From Candidatus Cloacimonadales bacterium (GTDB taxonomy: Bacteria; Cloacimonadota; Cloacimonadia; Cloacimonadales; JAFGVF01): 64,000 nucleotides of DNA. Positions 48,626-58,036 of the stretch are shown here, piece after piece (position 1 is the stretch's first letter; every line of letters begins with the position of its first letter). The notes beneath the pieces were generated by a model. It searched no databases, was not told where the DNA came from, and was given only the letters and a program-made list of their open reading frames with translations. The translations under genes and the position numbers were made by a program. The stretch is from positions 572,664 to 636,663 of the forward strand of contig OY762964.1 of assembly GCA_963667035.1 (NCBI GenBank), given 5' to 3'.

Positions 48626-48648
48626 AGCCCGAAGTAGTGCTTCGGGCT
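48626..48648. terminator. bidirectional terminator between convergent genes
   Basis: AGCCCGAAG-tagtg-CTTCGGGCT, flanked by A/T runs on both sides. Confidence 0.7.
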
Positions 48649-48664
48649 TATTCATAATAAAACT

Positions 48665-49144
48665 TTATAGTAGTTCCGTCATCTGACCGGTTTCTACATT
48701 AACTTTGATTAACTCAACTCCTGCTTCTTTCATCATTTCTTCAGCAAGCTGATCATTATAAGGCTCAGCAATATAAACCTTCTTTATTTCCGAGTTTATA
48801 ATAATTTTAGCACAGATACTACAGGGTTGATTTGTACAGTAAAGCTCAGCACCTTTGATTGAATGGCCATTTACTGCCGCTTGAATAATGGCGTTTTGCT
48901 CAGCATGAACTCCACGACACATTTCATGTCTTTGACCGGAAGGTATGTTCATTTGTTGTCGGAGACAACCTGTTTGGGAACAGTGTCTAACACCTTTGGG
49001 AGATCCATTGTATCCCGTTGATAGTATTTGGTTGTTTCTAACTATTACAGCTCCGACTTTACGTCTGAGGCAAGTTGACCGTTCGGAAGCTAAGTAAGCC
49101 ATCTTCATAAAATACTGTTGCCAATATGGACGATTATCTGACAT
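48665..49144 (-). CDS. dCMP deaminase (ComEB/cytidine-deoxycytidylate deaminase family)
   Basis: Zinc-binding HAEQNAI and PCSICAKII motifs. 159 aa. Confidence 0.8.
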   Translation of the reverse strand: MSDNRPYWQQYFMKMAYLASERSTCLRRKVGAVIVRNNQILSTGYNGSPKGVRHCSQTGCLRQQMNIPSGQRHEMCRGVHAEQNAIIQAAVNGHSIKGAELYCTNQPCSICAKIIINSEIKKVYIAEPYNDQLAEEMMKEAGVELIKVNVETGQMTELL

Positions 49145-49225
49145 CTTAATCCCCTTTTTTATGTTGCGATAAGCATAACCTTATTTATAACTTGTCAAGT
49201 GGCATTTGTCGTAAAATCTGGAAAC

Positions 49226-50470
49226 ATGAATATGAATATAAAACCAATAACCAAACTACATGGAACTTTAAAGCTTTCAGGCTCTAAGTCAATTTTACAA
49301 AGAATACTGTTAATATCTCTATTCTTGAAAGATGAAATGAGTGTTACTAACTGGAGTGATTCAGAAGATGTAAGAGAAATGGCAAAGGCGATAGGTGTTG
49401 AAGCGATAGAAAATCAGGTAACTTTAAATGACACTTGTCTCCGTAGCCGTTTCCATATAGAGGAATCAGCAACAGCACTCCGTTTTCTGATGGTTTATGC
49501 TTCTCTTCAAGCCGGGAAAGAGACGATAATAAGTATAGGGGAGAGGTTATCAGAAAGACCGCATGATGAACTCATAAAAACTATGATAACTTTAGGAGCA
49601 ACTATTGCAAAAAACAATCGAGATATTGTTGTTTTAGGAGCCAATCCTAAAGTAGAAAGCTTGGTTATAGATGCCGGTATTAGTAGCCAATATATCTCAG
49701 CTCTACTGTTATGTGCTCCATGCTTTGAAAAGGGTCTAACAATACAAATTAATTCTCCTATTGTTTCTAAGAATTATATTGATCTCACCATAGCATTAAT
49801 GGATGAGTTCGGTATTCAGATAGAGGAGAAAGAGAGCACATACATCATTCCTGCCCAAAGCAGATATAATGCTAAATCAGAGTTTACTTGTGAAGCCGAT
49901 TTATCTTCAGCAGTTTATCCATTGAGCTTAGGTTTGTTCTCGGAAGAGGGGATAGGAGTAACCCCGATTTCGAATCACACTAAACAACCCGATTTTGTGT
50001 TCTGGAAGTTGCTTTCTGATGCTGGGGCTGATATAAAATTGCATTATACGGAGAAAACAGAAGAGACCGTTCTTATTGCTAAGAAATCAGATTATAAAGG
50101 GTTTAACTTTAATGCGAGAAGAGCTCCGGACCTTGTACCTGTATTATCGATATTAGCCTTGTTTGCTACTACCGAGACTGTTATTTATAATGTAGGGTAT
50201 TTGAAACATAAAGAATCGGACAGAGTGACCGGAATCATTGAGAATCTGAAACTAATAGGAGCGGAGATTAACTTGGATGAAGATATGTTAAAGATTAATC
50301 CGCTTACTGTCGAACCAAATGAGATTGAGTTGGATTCCTACAACGACCATAGACTTGCTATGTCTTTCTATATTTTAAATCAGTTATTTCCGCAAGTCAG
50401 TGTTAATAGCATGAGCTCTGTTAAAAAATCCTACTCGAATTTTGTAAGTGACATTAACAGTTTAAGATAG
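49226..50470 (+). CDS. aroA: 3-phosphoshikimate 1-carboxyvinyltransferase (EPSP synthase)
   Basis: LSGSKSILQR (vs LPGSKSVSNR), ERP, SSQYISALLL (vs SSQFLTALLM), KESDR (vs KETDR) and YNDHRLAMSF (vs YNDHRMAMCF). Start chosen at the ATG at 49226 so the N-terminal length matches AroA. Confidence 0.7.
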   Translation: MNMNIKPITKLHGTLKLSGSKSILQRILLISLFLKDEMSVTNWSDSEDVREMAKAIGVEAIENQVTLNDTCLRSRFHIEESATALRFLMVYASLQAGKETIISIGERLSERPHDELIKTMITLGATIAKNNRDIVVLGANPKVESLVIDAGISSQYISALLLCAPCFEKGLTIQINSPIVSKNYIDLTIALMDEFGIQIEEKESTYIIPAQSRYNAKSEFTCEADLSSAVYPLSLGLFSEEGIGVTPISNHTKQPDFVFWKLLSDAGADIKLHYTEKTEETVLIAKKSDYKGFNFNARRAPDLVPVLSILALFATTETVIYNVGYLKHKESDRVTGIIENLKLIGAEINLDEDMLKINPLTVEPNEIELDSYNDHRLAMSFYILNQLFPQVSVNSMSSVKKSYSNFVSDINSLR

Positions 50471-50590
50471 GAATATAGAAGGTTTTAGAGTACAAGGCAC
50501 TAGTTTAAGTGCCTTGTAGATTAAATTCAATTTTTATTTAAAGATCATATTCTGCTCTTCTTCATTGCATCCATCAATAATGCCGTAGTT

Positions 50591-50717
50591 TCCCACTGTT
50601 TTTCCACTGTGCGGGTACTGTCAACCCGGTGTTTCAGTGGGTGGATAGTGCATTAGCAGTGCCTGCACAGTGCAAAAACAGTGCGTTGGTAGGACCTGCA
50701 ATGTGAGAAAACAGTTG
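50591..50717. repeat. conserved structured intergenic repeat, copy B (inverted relative to copy A)
   Basis: Its reverse complement aligns block-by-block with 40555-40690 (see copy A). It lies between the convergent aroA and carbamate kinase genes. Confidence 0.7.
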
Positions 50718-50918
50718 ATGATAAGTATTTGATGTAAGTTACTGAAAATGCACTGAGTAAGTAGATTGTTTGAAATGGAAATAACTCTCTGCAAGTCAAA
50801 ACTCATTTTTCTGATATATACAGTATAATTTGTAAATAAGGTGAATGTCAAAGTAGTTTTATGAATGAATAAAAGGCAACTCGAATAAGTTGCCTTTTAT
50901 AGAAACTGTATGGTTAAA

Positions 50919-51863
50919 CTACATAGTGATAATTGTTCCTGTTTTACCCTCTAGAGCTTCAGTTAAGAATTCATGAGAAGTGATGATAACTCTCTTACCA
51001 CCTTTCTCAAGATAATCAATAGCAGCTAAAATTTTTGGTCCCATACTACCTTTAGGGAAATGACCTTCGTCATAGTATTGTTTAGCTTTTGCTGTACTAA
51101 GGGTAGAAAGCTCTTCCATATCAGGTTTACCCCAGTTAATGGCTACTTTCTCTACACCGGTTAGAATTATAAGAGTATCAGCATCAATTTGGTTTGCAAG
51201 TAAAGCAGATGCAAAGTCCTTATCAATTACAGCATCAACACCCTCTAAAGTATTGTTATTCTCTACATAAACAGGGATTCCGCCACCACCACACGAGATA
51301 ACAATAGTGCCTTGTTCCATTAATTGCTTAATTGATTTAGCAGGAATAATATCTTTTGGTTTTGGTGAAGGAACCACCTGACGCCATCCGCGTCCTGCAT
51401 CTTCTGTCATAGCCCAGCCGTATGCTTCTTGAAGAGCTTTAGCTTGTTCTTCAGTATAGAATGGGCCAACAGGTTTGGTTGGATTACTCATGCTCGGGTC
51501 ATTCTTATCAACAACAATCTGAGTGAGTATTACCGCTACTTCAGGTTCAAGTCCGGCTTTCTTAAGGATGTTTTGAAGACTTTGGTCAATCATGTATCCC
51601 ATTGTACCTTCTGTGGCAGCATTAAGAACTCCAAGTGGAAGTGGTGCAACACCACGTTCGATACCTGCATTTTGCTGGATAAGCATGTTCCCGACTTGAG
51701 GACCATTTCCATGAGAAATAGCAATTTGATAACCATCTTTAATTAACTGTGCAATCCCGTTAAGACTTTCTCGGGTATTGGCAAACTGTTCTGTGATAGT
51801 TCCTTTTTGTCCGGCTTGGATAATAGCATTACCACCAAGAGCCAAAACGATTTTCTTATTCAT
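50919..51863 (-). CDS. arcC: carbamate kinase
   Basis: MNKKIVLALGGNAI N-terminus and the amino-acid-kinase fold, with the characteristic GGGGIPV loop (SCGGGGIPVYV). Confidence 0.8.
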   Translation of the reverse strand: MNKKIVLALGGNAIIQAGQKGTITEQFANTRESLNGIAQLIKDGYQIAISHGNGPQVGNMLIQQNAGIERGVAPLPLGVLNAATEGTMGYMIDQSLQNILKKAGLEPEVAVILTQIVVDKNDPSMSNPTKPVGPFYTEEQAKALQEAYGWAMTEDAGRGWRQVVPSPKPKDIIPAKSIKQLMEQGTIVISCGGGGIPVYVENNNTLEGVDAVIDKDFASALLANQIDADTLIILTGVEKVAINWGKPDMEELSTLSTAKAKQYYDEGHFPKGSMGPKILAAIDYLEKGGKRVIITSHEFLTEALEGKTGTIITM

Positions 51864-51952
51864 ATAATTCTCCCGATTCTTTTTCTGAAAAACAAAGTAG
51901 GAGACGGTTAAATCTCCTACTTTGTATAATTTATATATCTACTAATGTCAGA

Positions 51953-53272
51953 TTAAAAGCCTCTTTCTGAAAGAAGGTCAGCAAGAGTTGGTTTACCAAT
52001 CTCCTGAAGGTCATAACTAACACGAGTAGACGGCTGACTAATTTTAACTATTCTTCTCAGATCTATTGGAGTACCAATAACAACAGCATCGCATTCTGTT
52101 CTTTTGATAGTCTCTTCAAGATCTTTAATCTGTTGGTCACCATAACCCATGGCAGGAAGAAGAACACCAATTTCGGGATATTTCTCGAAAGTTTCCTTTA
52201 TCTCACCAACAGCCCATGGTCGTGGATCAACCAGGTCGGCAGCACCGCATTTCTCAGCAGCAACAACACCCGCACCGTAAGTCATTTCACCATGAGTGAG
52301 AGTAGGACCATCTTCTACAACCAGCACATTCTTGCCAAGTAATAAATCAGGATCCTCAACAGTTAATGGAGATGCAGCTTCAACAATCTTAGCTGTAGGA
52401 TTGATTGCACGACAATTCTCTCTTACTTCTTGAATGTCATCAAGGTCCGCTGAGTCTATCTTATTAATAACAATAATGTCTGCTAAGCGAACATTTGTTT
52501 CTCCAGGATAATAACTAATCTCATGACCTGGTCTATGAGGATCTACAACAACGATGTTAACCTCTTGGTCAGAAGTATAGAAAGGTGTATCATTGTTCCC
52601 ACCATCCCAAAGAATAACATCAGCTTCTTTCTCTGCTTCACGTACTATAGCTTCATAATCAACACCGGCATAAATAATGCTTCCCATGGCAATATGCGGT
52701 TCATATTCTTCCATCTCTTCAATGGTGCATTTATGTTTTGCTAAGTCATCAATAGTCTCATATCTCTGAACTTTCTGAGCAACAAGATCACCATAAGGCA
52801 TAGGGTGGCGTATGGAAACAACCTTTTTACCGATGCTCTTGAGATAACGAACAACGGCTCTGGTTGTTTGGCTTTTACCACAACCTGTTCTTACTGCACA
52901 AATTGTAATGAGAGGTTTAGTTGTTTTAACACGACCATGTTTTTCGCCCATGAGCATGAAATCAGCTCCGGCAGCATTAACCATAGCAGCATTATGCATA
53001 ACTCTTTCGTATGGGAGATCGCTATAAGCGAGAACAACTATATCTATATCATGTTCCTTTATGAGTTCGGGAACCTTAGCTTCAGGCAGAATAGGAATAC
53101 CATTGGGGTAGAGCTTACCCGCTAATTCAGCAGGATATTTTTTGTCATCAATGCCCGGAATCTGAGTCGCAGTAAATGCAATAACATCATACTCCTCATT
53201 ATCTCTAAAATAGTTGTTGAAATTGTGGAAATCTCTTCCAGCAGCACCCATAATGATAACTTTCTTTTTCAT
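51953..53272 (-). CDS. uncharacterised P-loop NTPase (Walker A GCGKSQT), co-oriented upstream of carbamate kinase
   Basis: 439 aa. Rossmann-like N-terminus (VIIMGAAGRDF), a central Walker A (ICAVRTGCGKSQTT), and a Walker-B-like hhhhD (VILWDGG). No confident family assignment from the sequence alone. Confidence 0.45.
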   Translation of the reverse strand: MKKKVIIMGAAGRDFHNFNNYFRDNEEYDVIAFTATQIPGIDDKKYPAELAGKLYPNGIPILPEAKVPELIKEHDIDIVVLAYSDLPYERVMHNAAMVNAAGADFMLMGEKHGRVKTTKPLITICAVRTGCGKSQTTRAVVRYLKSIGKKVVSIRHPMPYGDLVAQKVQRYETIDDLAKHKCTIEEMEEYEPHIAMGSIIYAGVDYEAIVREAEKEADVILWDGGNNDTPFYTSDQEVNIVVVDPHRPGHEISYYPGETNVRLADIIVINKIDSADLDDIQEVRENCRAINPTAKIVEAASPLTVEDPDLLLGKNVLVVEDGPTLTHGEMTYGAGVVAAEKCGAADLVDPRPWAVGEIKETFEKYPEIGVLLPAMGYGDQQIKDLEETIKRTECDAVVIGTPIDLRRIVKISQPSTRVSYDLQEIGKPTLADLLSERGF

Positions 53273-53832
53273 GGAAACTCCTTTCTAATTGGATTTCCAC
53301 CAAAACTGGGGCTAGAAGATAATCAGTCAAGAAAAATTTGGGCTAATAATTGGCAATACTTTTTTTGATTATTCTTAGTTGGCAATAAGTAGCCTTCTTT
53401 GCCAAAAATGCACTTGATGGTTAATGCATTAGATGCTAAAGATATAAACTACCACTTTTGCTTTAGGATATAACTTGTTAATAGAGGATATTTTTCTTAA
53501 CCTATGAATTAACTGAATCTTATTCGGATTTATAAATATATCGAATATGCAAATGATTTCGATGATAGAGGTAGTTTAATATTGCTTTTTTTGAATTCAA
53601 TAAAACATCTGCTAACATTGGAATAAATGGAATTTTGTTGGGTAATCTATGGCAATAATGACAAGGTTATATGAAATTATATGCGTAATACTTAGTTTTA
53701 TGATTATATTGTAAAAAGTTAATTGTGAATGATAGAGTTAAGATTTCACTTGACAGCATAACTCTTGAAGCAATACCATTAAGTTGAGGTAAATTCATTT
53801 CGAGTGAATGGCGGTATGAATGTTTCCTATTC

Positions 53833-54789
53833 ATGGAGGAGCGGATGAAAGAAAAAGTCATTCTTATGGTTATTAAGGAAAGAAAACGAGAGCAGTTAAT
53901 AGAAGCTTTAAAAGATAATTATTCAGTGAAAGTCAGTGATATATTTTCTGAACTTCCTCTTGATGGAAACTATGTGTTGATGGATGGAGAAATAAGAGAT
54001 GATCAGATAAATCTAACTAATCATTTGATAAAATCCAATAATGAGTTAAAGAAAACTAATTTGCATTTGGAACAGAGACTTAGGCTTAAAATTGCTGAGT
54101 TGATGGAGATGCAGAAGGAGTTGGAAACTCTTAGTAAATCAATATCCTATGACCTTAGAACACCATTAAGAGCAATATCAGGTTTTGGACAGTTGCTATT
54201 AGAAGAGTATAGCCAAAATTTTGACGAAGAAGGTAAAAGGCTAAGCGAGATTGTTAATAGTAATGTAGAAAAAATGAACGAGCTCATAGATGCTCTTCTT
54301 AGCTATTCTCATTTTAACCGATATGAGATACAGTCTGTTGATATTGATATGAACAAAATCGTGCAATCGGTTTACAAAGAGTTAACTACAGTGGTTGCAA
54401 GAGAGAGTATAGATTTCATAGTGGAGGAGTTGCCTAATGCTTATGGTGATCCTCTTCTGATTAGAAAAGTATGGTATATTCTTATATCTAATGCTTTAAA
54501 ATTCACAAAATACAACCAGATAAGGAAAATAACAATATCAGCTAAAGAATTGAGTAAAGAGTTTGTCTATAAGATAAAAGATAATGGTGTTGGGTTCGAT
54601 ATGGAGTATTCTGATAAGCTATTTAACACTTTTCAGAAGCTACATAGCGATTCTAAGTTTGAAGGAGTAGGAATGGGCTTAGCTTTAGCGAGAAGAGCTA
54701 TAAAACTACATAATGGATTGATTTGGGGTGAAGGTGCTATCAATAAAGGTGCTTCCTTCCAGTTTACATTGCCCAAATATTCTACGTAA
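53833..54789 (+). CDS. cytoplasmic histidine-kinase-like protein with Tyr replacing the phospho-acceptor His in the H-box
   Basis: The DHp H-box reads SISYDLRTPLRAISGF (canonical SHELRTPL; codon TAT). N (NALKFT), G1 (DNGVGFD) and G2 (GVGMGLALARR) boxes of the ATP-binding domain are intact. No TM segments. Confidence 0.65.
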   Translation: MEERMKEKVILMVIKERKREQLIEALKDNYSVKVSDIFSELPLDGNYVLMDGEIRDDQINLTNHLIKSNNELKKTNLHLEQRLRLKIAELMEMQKELETLSKSISYDLRTPLRAISGFGQLLLEEYSQNFDEEGKRLSEIVNSNVEKMNELIDALLSYSHFNRYEIQSVDIDMNKIVQSVYKELTTVVARESIDFIVEELPNAYGDPLLIRKVWYILISNALKFTKYNQIRKITISAKELSKEFVYKIKDNGVGFDMEYSDKLFNTFQKLHSDSKFEGVGMGLALARRAIKLHNGLIWGEGAINKGASFQFTLPKYST

Positions 54790-54863
54790 CAAAGGTAGTA
54801 TGAGTATAATTATTAAAAGTAGGAAGTTCGCAAGTATGACTCATAGCATTCTGGAGGTGGCAT

Positions 54864-55304
54864 TTGGATAATAATTCATTTGATATATTGTTGGTTGAAG
54901 ATAATCCCAATGATGCAGAACTAATAATAAGAGCCCTTGCTAGGGCTGAGATAACCAATAAGTTGATTCATCTTGAGGATGGAGCCGAAGCTTTGGACTT
55001 TATCTTTGCAGAGGGTAAGTATGATTCACGTAACAAGACAGTTCTCCCTAAACTATTAATGTTAGACCTTAAACTGCCTAGAGTAACAGGATTGGAAGTG
55101 CTTGAAGCTTTGAGAAAAAAAGAAGAGACAAAACTTTTGCCTGTTGTTATAGTTACCTCGTCAATGGAAGATAGAGATGTTCAGAAAGCTTATTCTCTGG
55201 GAGTGAACAGTTTTATAGTGAAACCGGTTGATTTTTCTAAATTCATTCAGACAATTAAAATGGTTGGTAATTATTGGCTGAATGTTAACCACCAACTTCA
55301 GTAA
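54864..55304 (+). CDS. single-domain response-regulator receiver (CheY-like)
   Basis: Acidic pocket (LLVEDNPNDAE), phospho-acceptor Asp (LLMLDLKLP), and a conserved T/S (VVIVTSS) and K (IVKP). Confidence 0.7.
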   Translation: MDNNSFDILLVEDNPNDAELIIRALARAEITNKLIHLEDGAEALDFIFAEGKYDSRNKTVLPKLLMLDLKLPRVTGLEVLEALRKKEETKLLPVVIVTSSMEDRDVQKAYSLGVNSFIVKPVDFSKFIQTIKMVGNYWLNVNHQLQ

Positions 55305-55319
55305 GGAATATGAATAAAT

Positions 55320-57623
55320 ATGTTAACATCTACTAGAATACTGATAGTAGAAGATTTACCCTCAGATGCCGAATTAGCACAAAGACAATTGAAAAAGCAT
55401 CTTGGTGAATGTCTGGTTAAAGTTGTTGATACGAAAGAAGACTTTCTTAGAGAACTTAATGAGTTTGAACCACAACTAATTGTATCTGATTATAATCTAC
55501 CTAGTTTTGATGGTTTAACGGCTTTAAAGTTAACCTTACAAAAAGATTCCAGCATACCTTTTATTATTCTAACCGGTTCAATGAATGAAGATACCGCTGT
55601 TGAATGTATGAAGGCAGGAGCTTGGGATTATGTAATTAAAGAGCATAATAAAAGACTTGGAGCTTCTGCAGTTAGTGCGTTGGAGAAGAAAAGCGTTATT
55701 GATGAGAAAACTAAGGTATCTCAAGCTAATAAAGAGAAGCAGATTTTTATACAGCAAATAACTAAAACTATCCCCTTATATTTGTTCATATTTGATTTAA
55801 AAACAGGTAAGTCTACATATACTAATAAAGATATATGGGCTAGTCTCGGTTATCATGATTTGAAAAGTAATCAGGTAGAAGGAGATATCTTAAACAGCTT
55901 AATCCATAAAGATGATTTAGAGAGACATAAGAATATATTTAAGAAGTTGCAGACTCTCAAAGAAGGAGAGGTAGAAAACAACGAATACAGAGTAAAGAAT
56001 TCTTCTGGAGAGTGGATATGGTTCCGTTCAATGTATGTTGTATTTAGTTTCGATGAAGATGGTAATCCTGCAACAATACTTGAATCGACTCAAGATGTTT
56101 CAAGTCTGAAGAGAACTCAGAGAGATTTAAGAGAAGCACATAGATTTTATAAGCAGATTTTAGACAGCTCTAAAGATGGTATTCTGGTTACTAATATGGA
56201 TGATAAAATTGTTTTCTGGAATCCTCCTATGACAGAGATGTTCAATATACCTTTCATGGATGTGTTGGGTAGAGAGATTAGCAGTGTCTTTAAATCAATG
56301 AGTAGAGAAGAAGAGTTAAAGTTTTATGAGCAGTCTAAAAATGGAAAGATAATTACGACCAATGACTATCAGTTCACATATAAATCAAGTAATGAGAAGG
56401 GTTGGGCAAATGGTAGATATTTTCCTCTATTAGATACAGGTAATAATATAGCCGGCGTAATATATATGGTTCACGATATTACTGAAAGAAAGCTTCAAGA
56501 GGAAGAGCTCAGAGAAAGCGAACATAAATATAAAACCATCTTTGAGAATATACAGGATGTTTACTTTGAGACAGACCTGTCCGGAATAGTGATAGAAGTA
56601 AGTCCATCAATTAATACTATTTCTAAGTATACTCGTGAAGAAATGATTGGAAGTAACATAGGTGATGTATATGCGGACAAGAAAGAGAGAGAGCTGATTA
56701 TTGAGAAATTATCAAGAGGAGAAAAACTTAAGGATTATGAGTTAGTTCTACTTGATAAAGATGGAACTGTTAGAGATTGTGCAGTTACTGCTCAAGTTCT
56801 TCATGAAAAGAGGACAGATAAACCCAGACTTTATGGTATTATGAGAGATATCTCAGAAAGAAAGAGAATAACAAGAGAACTGATTGAGGCTAAGGATAAG
56901 GCGGAAGAGATGAGTAAATTAAAATCTGCTTTTCTGGCTAATATGAGTCATGAGTTACGAACTCCTCTTGTCGGAATACTGGGATTTGCTGAGCTATTGA
57001 ATGATATGGTGCCTGATTCGGAAGTGAAAGAGATGGTTAAGACAATCTTGGAATCCGGAGAAAGGCTACATACTACTCTTAACTTGATACTTGATTTATC
57101 AAGAGTGGAAGCAAACAGGCAAGAAATTAAGTGGAATAAAGTTGACTTTGTTTATAGAATCGAAGAAAACATAAAGATATTTAAAGGATTAGCTCAAAAG
57201 AAGAATTTAAAAATAGAGTTTGAGCACAAAATGGATGAGCTTCTATGTGTAAATGATTCATATTTACTTGATCATATATTTAGCAATGTTATAAACAATG
57301 CTATCAAATATACTGAAGAAGGATTTATAAAAGTAGTGTTGAAAGCAGAGAGAGAAGATAACATTGATTATGCTATGATTGAGATTACAGACTCTGGTAT
57401 TGGTATAGAACCAAGTAGACAAGAGTTAATTTTTGATGCATTCAGACAAGCTAGTGAAGGCTATCATAGGATGTATGAAGGTACAGGTTTAGGATTAACA
57501 ATTACCAAAAAATATGTTGAGTTATTAAATGGAAAGATAAACTTAAGAAGTGTATTGAATCAAGGAAGCACATTTACTATCAAGTTTCCTTGCATTCACC
57601 AGGTAAGGAGTAATAATGCATAA
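55320..57623 (+). CDS. hybrid sensor histidine kinase: N-terminal receiver, tandem PAS domains, HisKA, HATPase_c
   Basis: Receiver (ILIVEDLPSDAE…VSDYNLPSFDG), three PAS-like segments, a canonical H-box MSHELRTPLVGILGF, and N/G1/G2 boxes (NNAIKYT, DSGIGIE, GTGLGLTI). Confidence 0.8.
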   Translation: MLTSTRILIVEDLPSDAELAQRQLKKHLGECLVKVVDTKEDFLRELNEFEPQLIVSDYNLPSFDGLTALKLTLQKDSSIPFIILTGSMNEDTAVECMKAGAWDYVIKEHNKRLGASAVSALEKKSVIDEKTKVSQANKEKQIFIQQITKTIPLYLFIFDLKTGKSTYTNKDIWASLGYHDLKSNQVEGDILNSLIHKDDLERHKNIFKKLQTLKEGEVENNEYRVKNSSGEWIWFRSMYVVFSFDEDGNPATILESTQDVSSLKRTQRDLREAHRFYKQILDSSKDGILVTNMDDKIVFWNPPMTEMFNIPFMDVLGREISSVFKSMSREEELKFYEQSKNGKIITTNDYQFTYKSSNEKGWANGRYFPLLDTGNNIAGVIYMVHDITERKLQEEELRESEHKYKTIFENIQDVYFETDLSGIVIEVSPSINTISKYTREEMIGSNIGDVYADKKERELIIEKLSRGEKLKDYELVLLDKDGTVRDCAVTAQVLHEKRTDKPRLYGIMRDISERKRITRELIEAKDKAEEMSKLKSAFLANMSHELRTPLVGILGFAELLNDMVPDSEVKEMVKTILESGERLHTTLNLILDLSRVEANRQEIKWNKVDFVYRIEENIKIFKGLAQKKNLKIEFEHKMDELLCVNDSYLLDHIFSNVINNAIKYTEEGFIKVVLKAEREDNIDYAMIEITDSGIGIEPSRQELIFDAFRQASEGYHRMYEGTGLGLTITKKYVELLNGKINLRSVLNQGSTFTIKFPCIHQVRSNNA

Positions 57624-58008
57624 TGAGGAGAAGAAACTCAGACTCTTAGTTATTGATGATGACTATCTTGTCTATGAGATTATCAAGAGAATGTTACATG
57701 CAAGTGCAAAAGTGGACTATGCCCGTTCTGGAGATGAGGCAATTGAACATCTGGCACATACAGGATATAACTTAATATTCCTTGATATTAATCTTAAGAG
57801 TAAAGAGAACGGGTTAGACATTTTGAAAAGGATTAGAGACATTGAAAGTTTCTCAAAAACACTCGTATGTGCAACAACTGCATACGCAATGCTCGGGGAT
57901 AAGGAAAGATTCCTTGAAGCTGGTTGCAATTACTATCTGTCAAAACCCTTTACTAAAGATAATCTAAAGCTACTGATTGAAGAAGCTCTAGATATTATAA
58001 TTGGATGA
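57616..58008 (+). CDS. single-domain response-regulator receiver
   Basis: LRLLVIDDDYLV…LIFLDINL…, 130 aa. Its start overlaps the stop of the hybrid kinase. Confidence 0.65.
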   Translation: MHNEEKKLRLLVIDDDYLVYEIIKRMLHASAKVDYARSGDEAIEHLAHTGYNLIFLDINLKSKENGLDILKRIRDIESFSKTLVCATTAYAMLGDKERFLEAGCNYYLSKPFTKDNLKLLIEEALDIIIG

Positions 58009-58010
58009 TT

Positions 58011-58036
58011 AAAGGGGCTTTGAAGCCCCTTTTTTA
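58011..58036. terminator. bidirectional rho-independent terminator
   Basis: AAGGGGCTT-tg-AAGCCCCTTTTTT hairpin between convergent receiver genes. Confidence 0.75.

Noticed and set aside
49199-50470. AroA-like gene plus dCMP deaminase plus methyltransferase as a nucleoside-antibiotic (NikO-type enolpyruvyl transferase) cluster
   Set aside because: The AroA-like protein retains essentially all EPSP-synthase S3P/PEP-binding residues (KS..QR, ERP, SSQ, KE.DR, NDHR), so it is most simply the housekeeping aroA. The deaminase is a standard ComEB-type dCMP deaminase.
50621-50851. 76-aa minus-strand ORF overlapping repeat copy B
   Set aside because: Same reasoning as above. The peptide similarity is a by-product of the DNA repeat.
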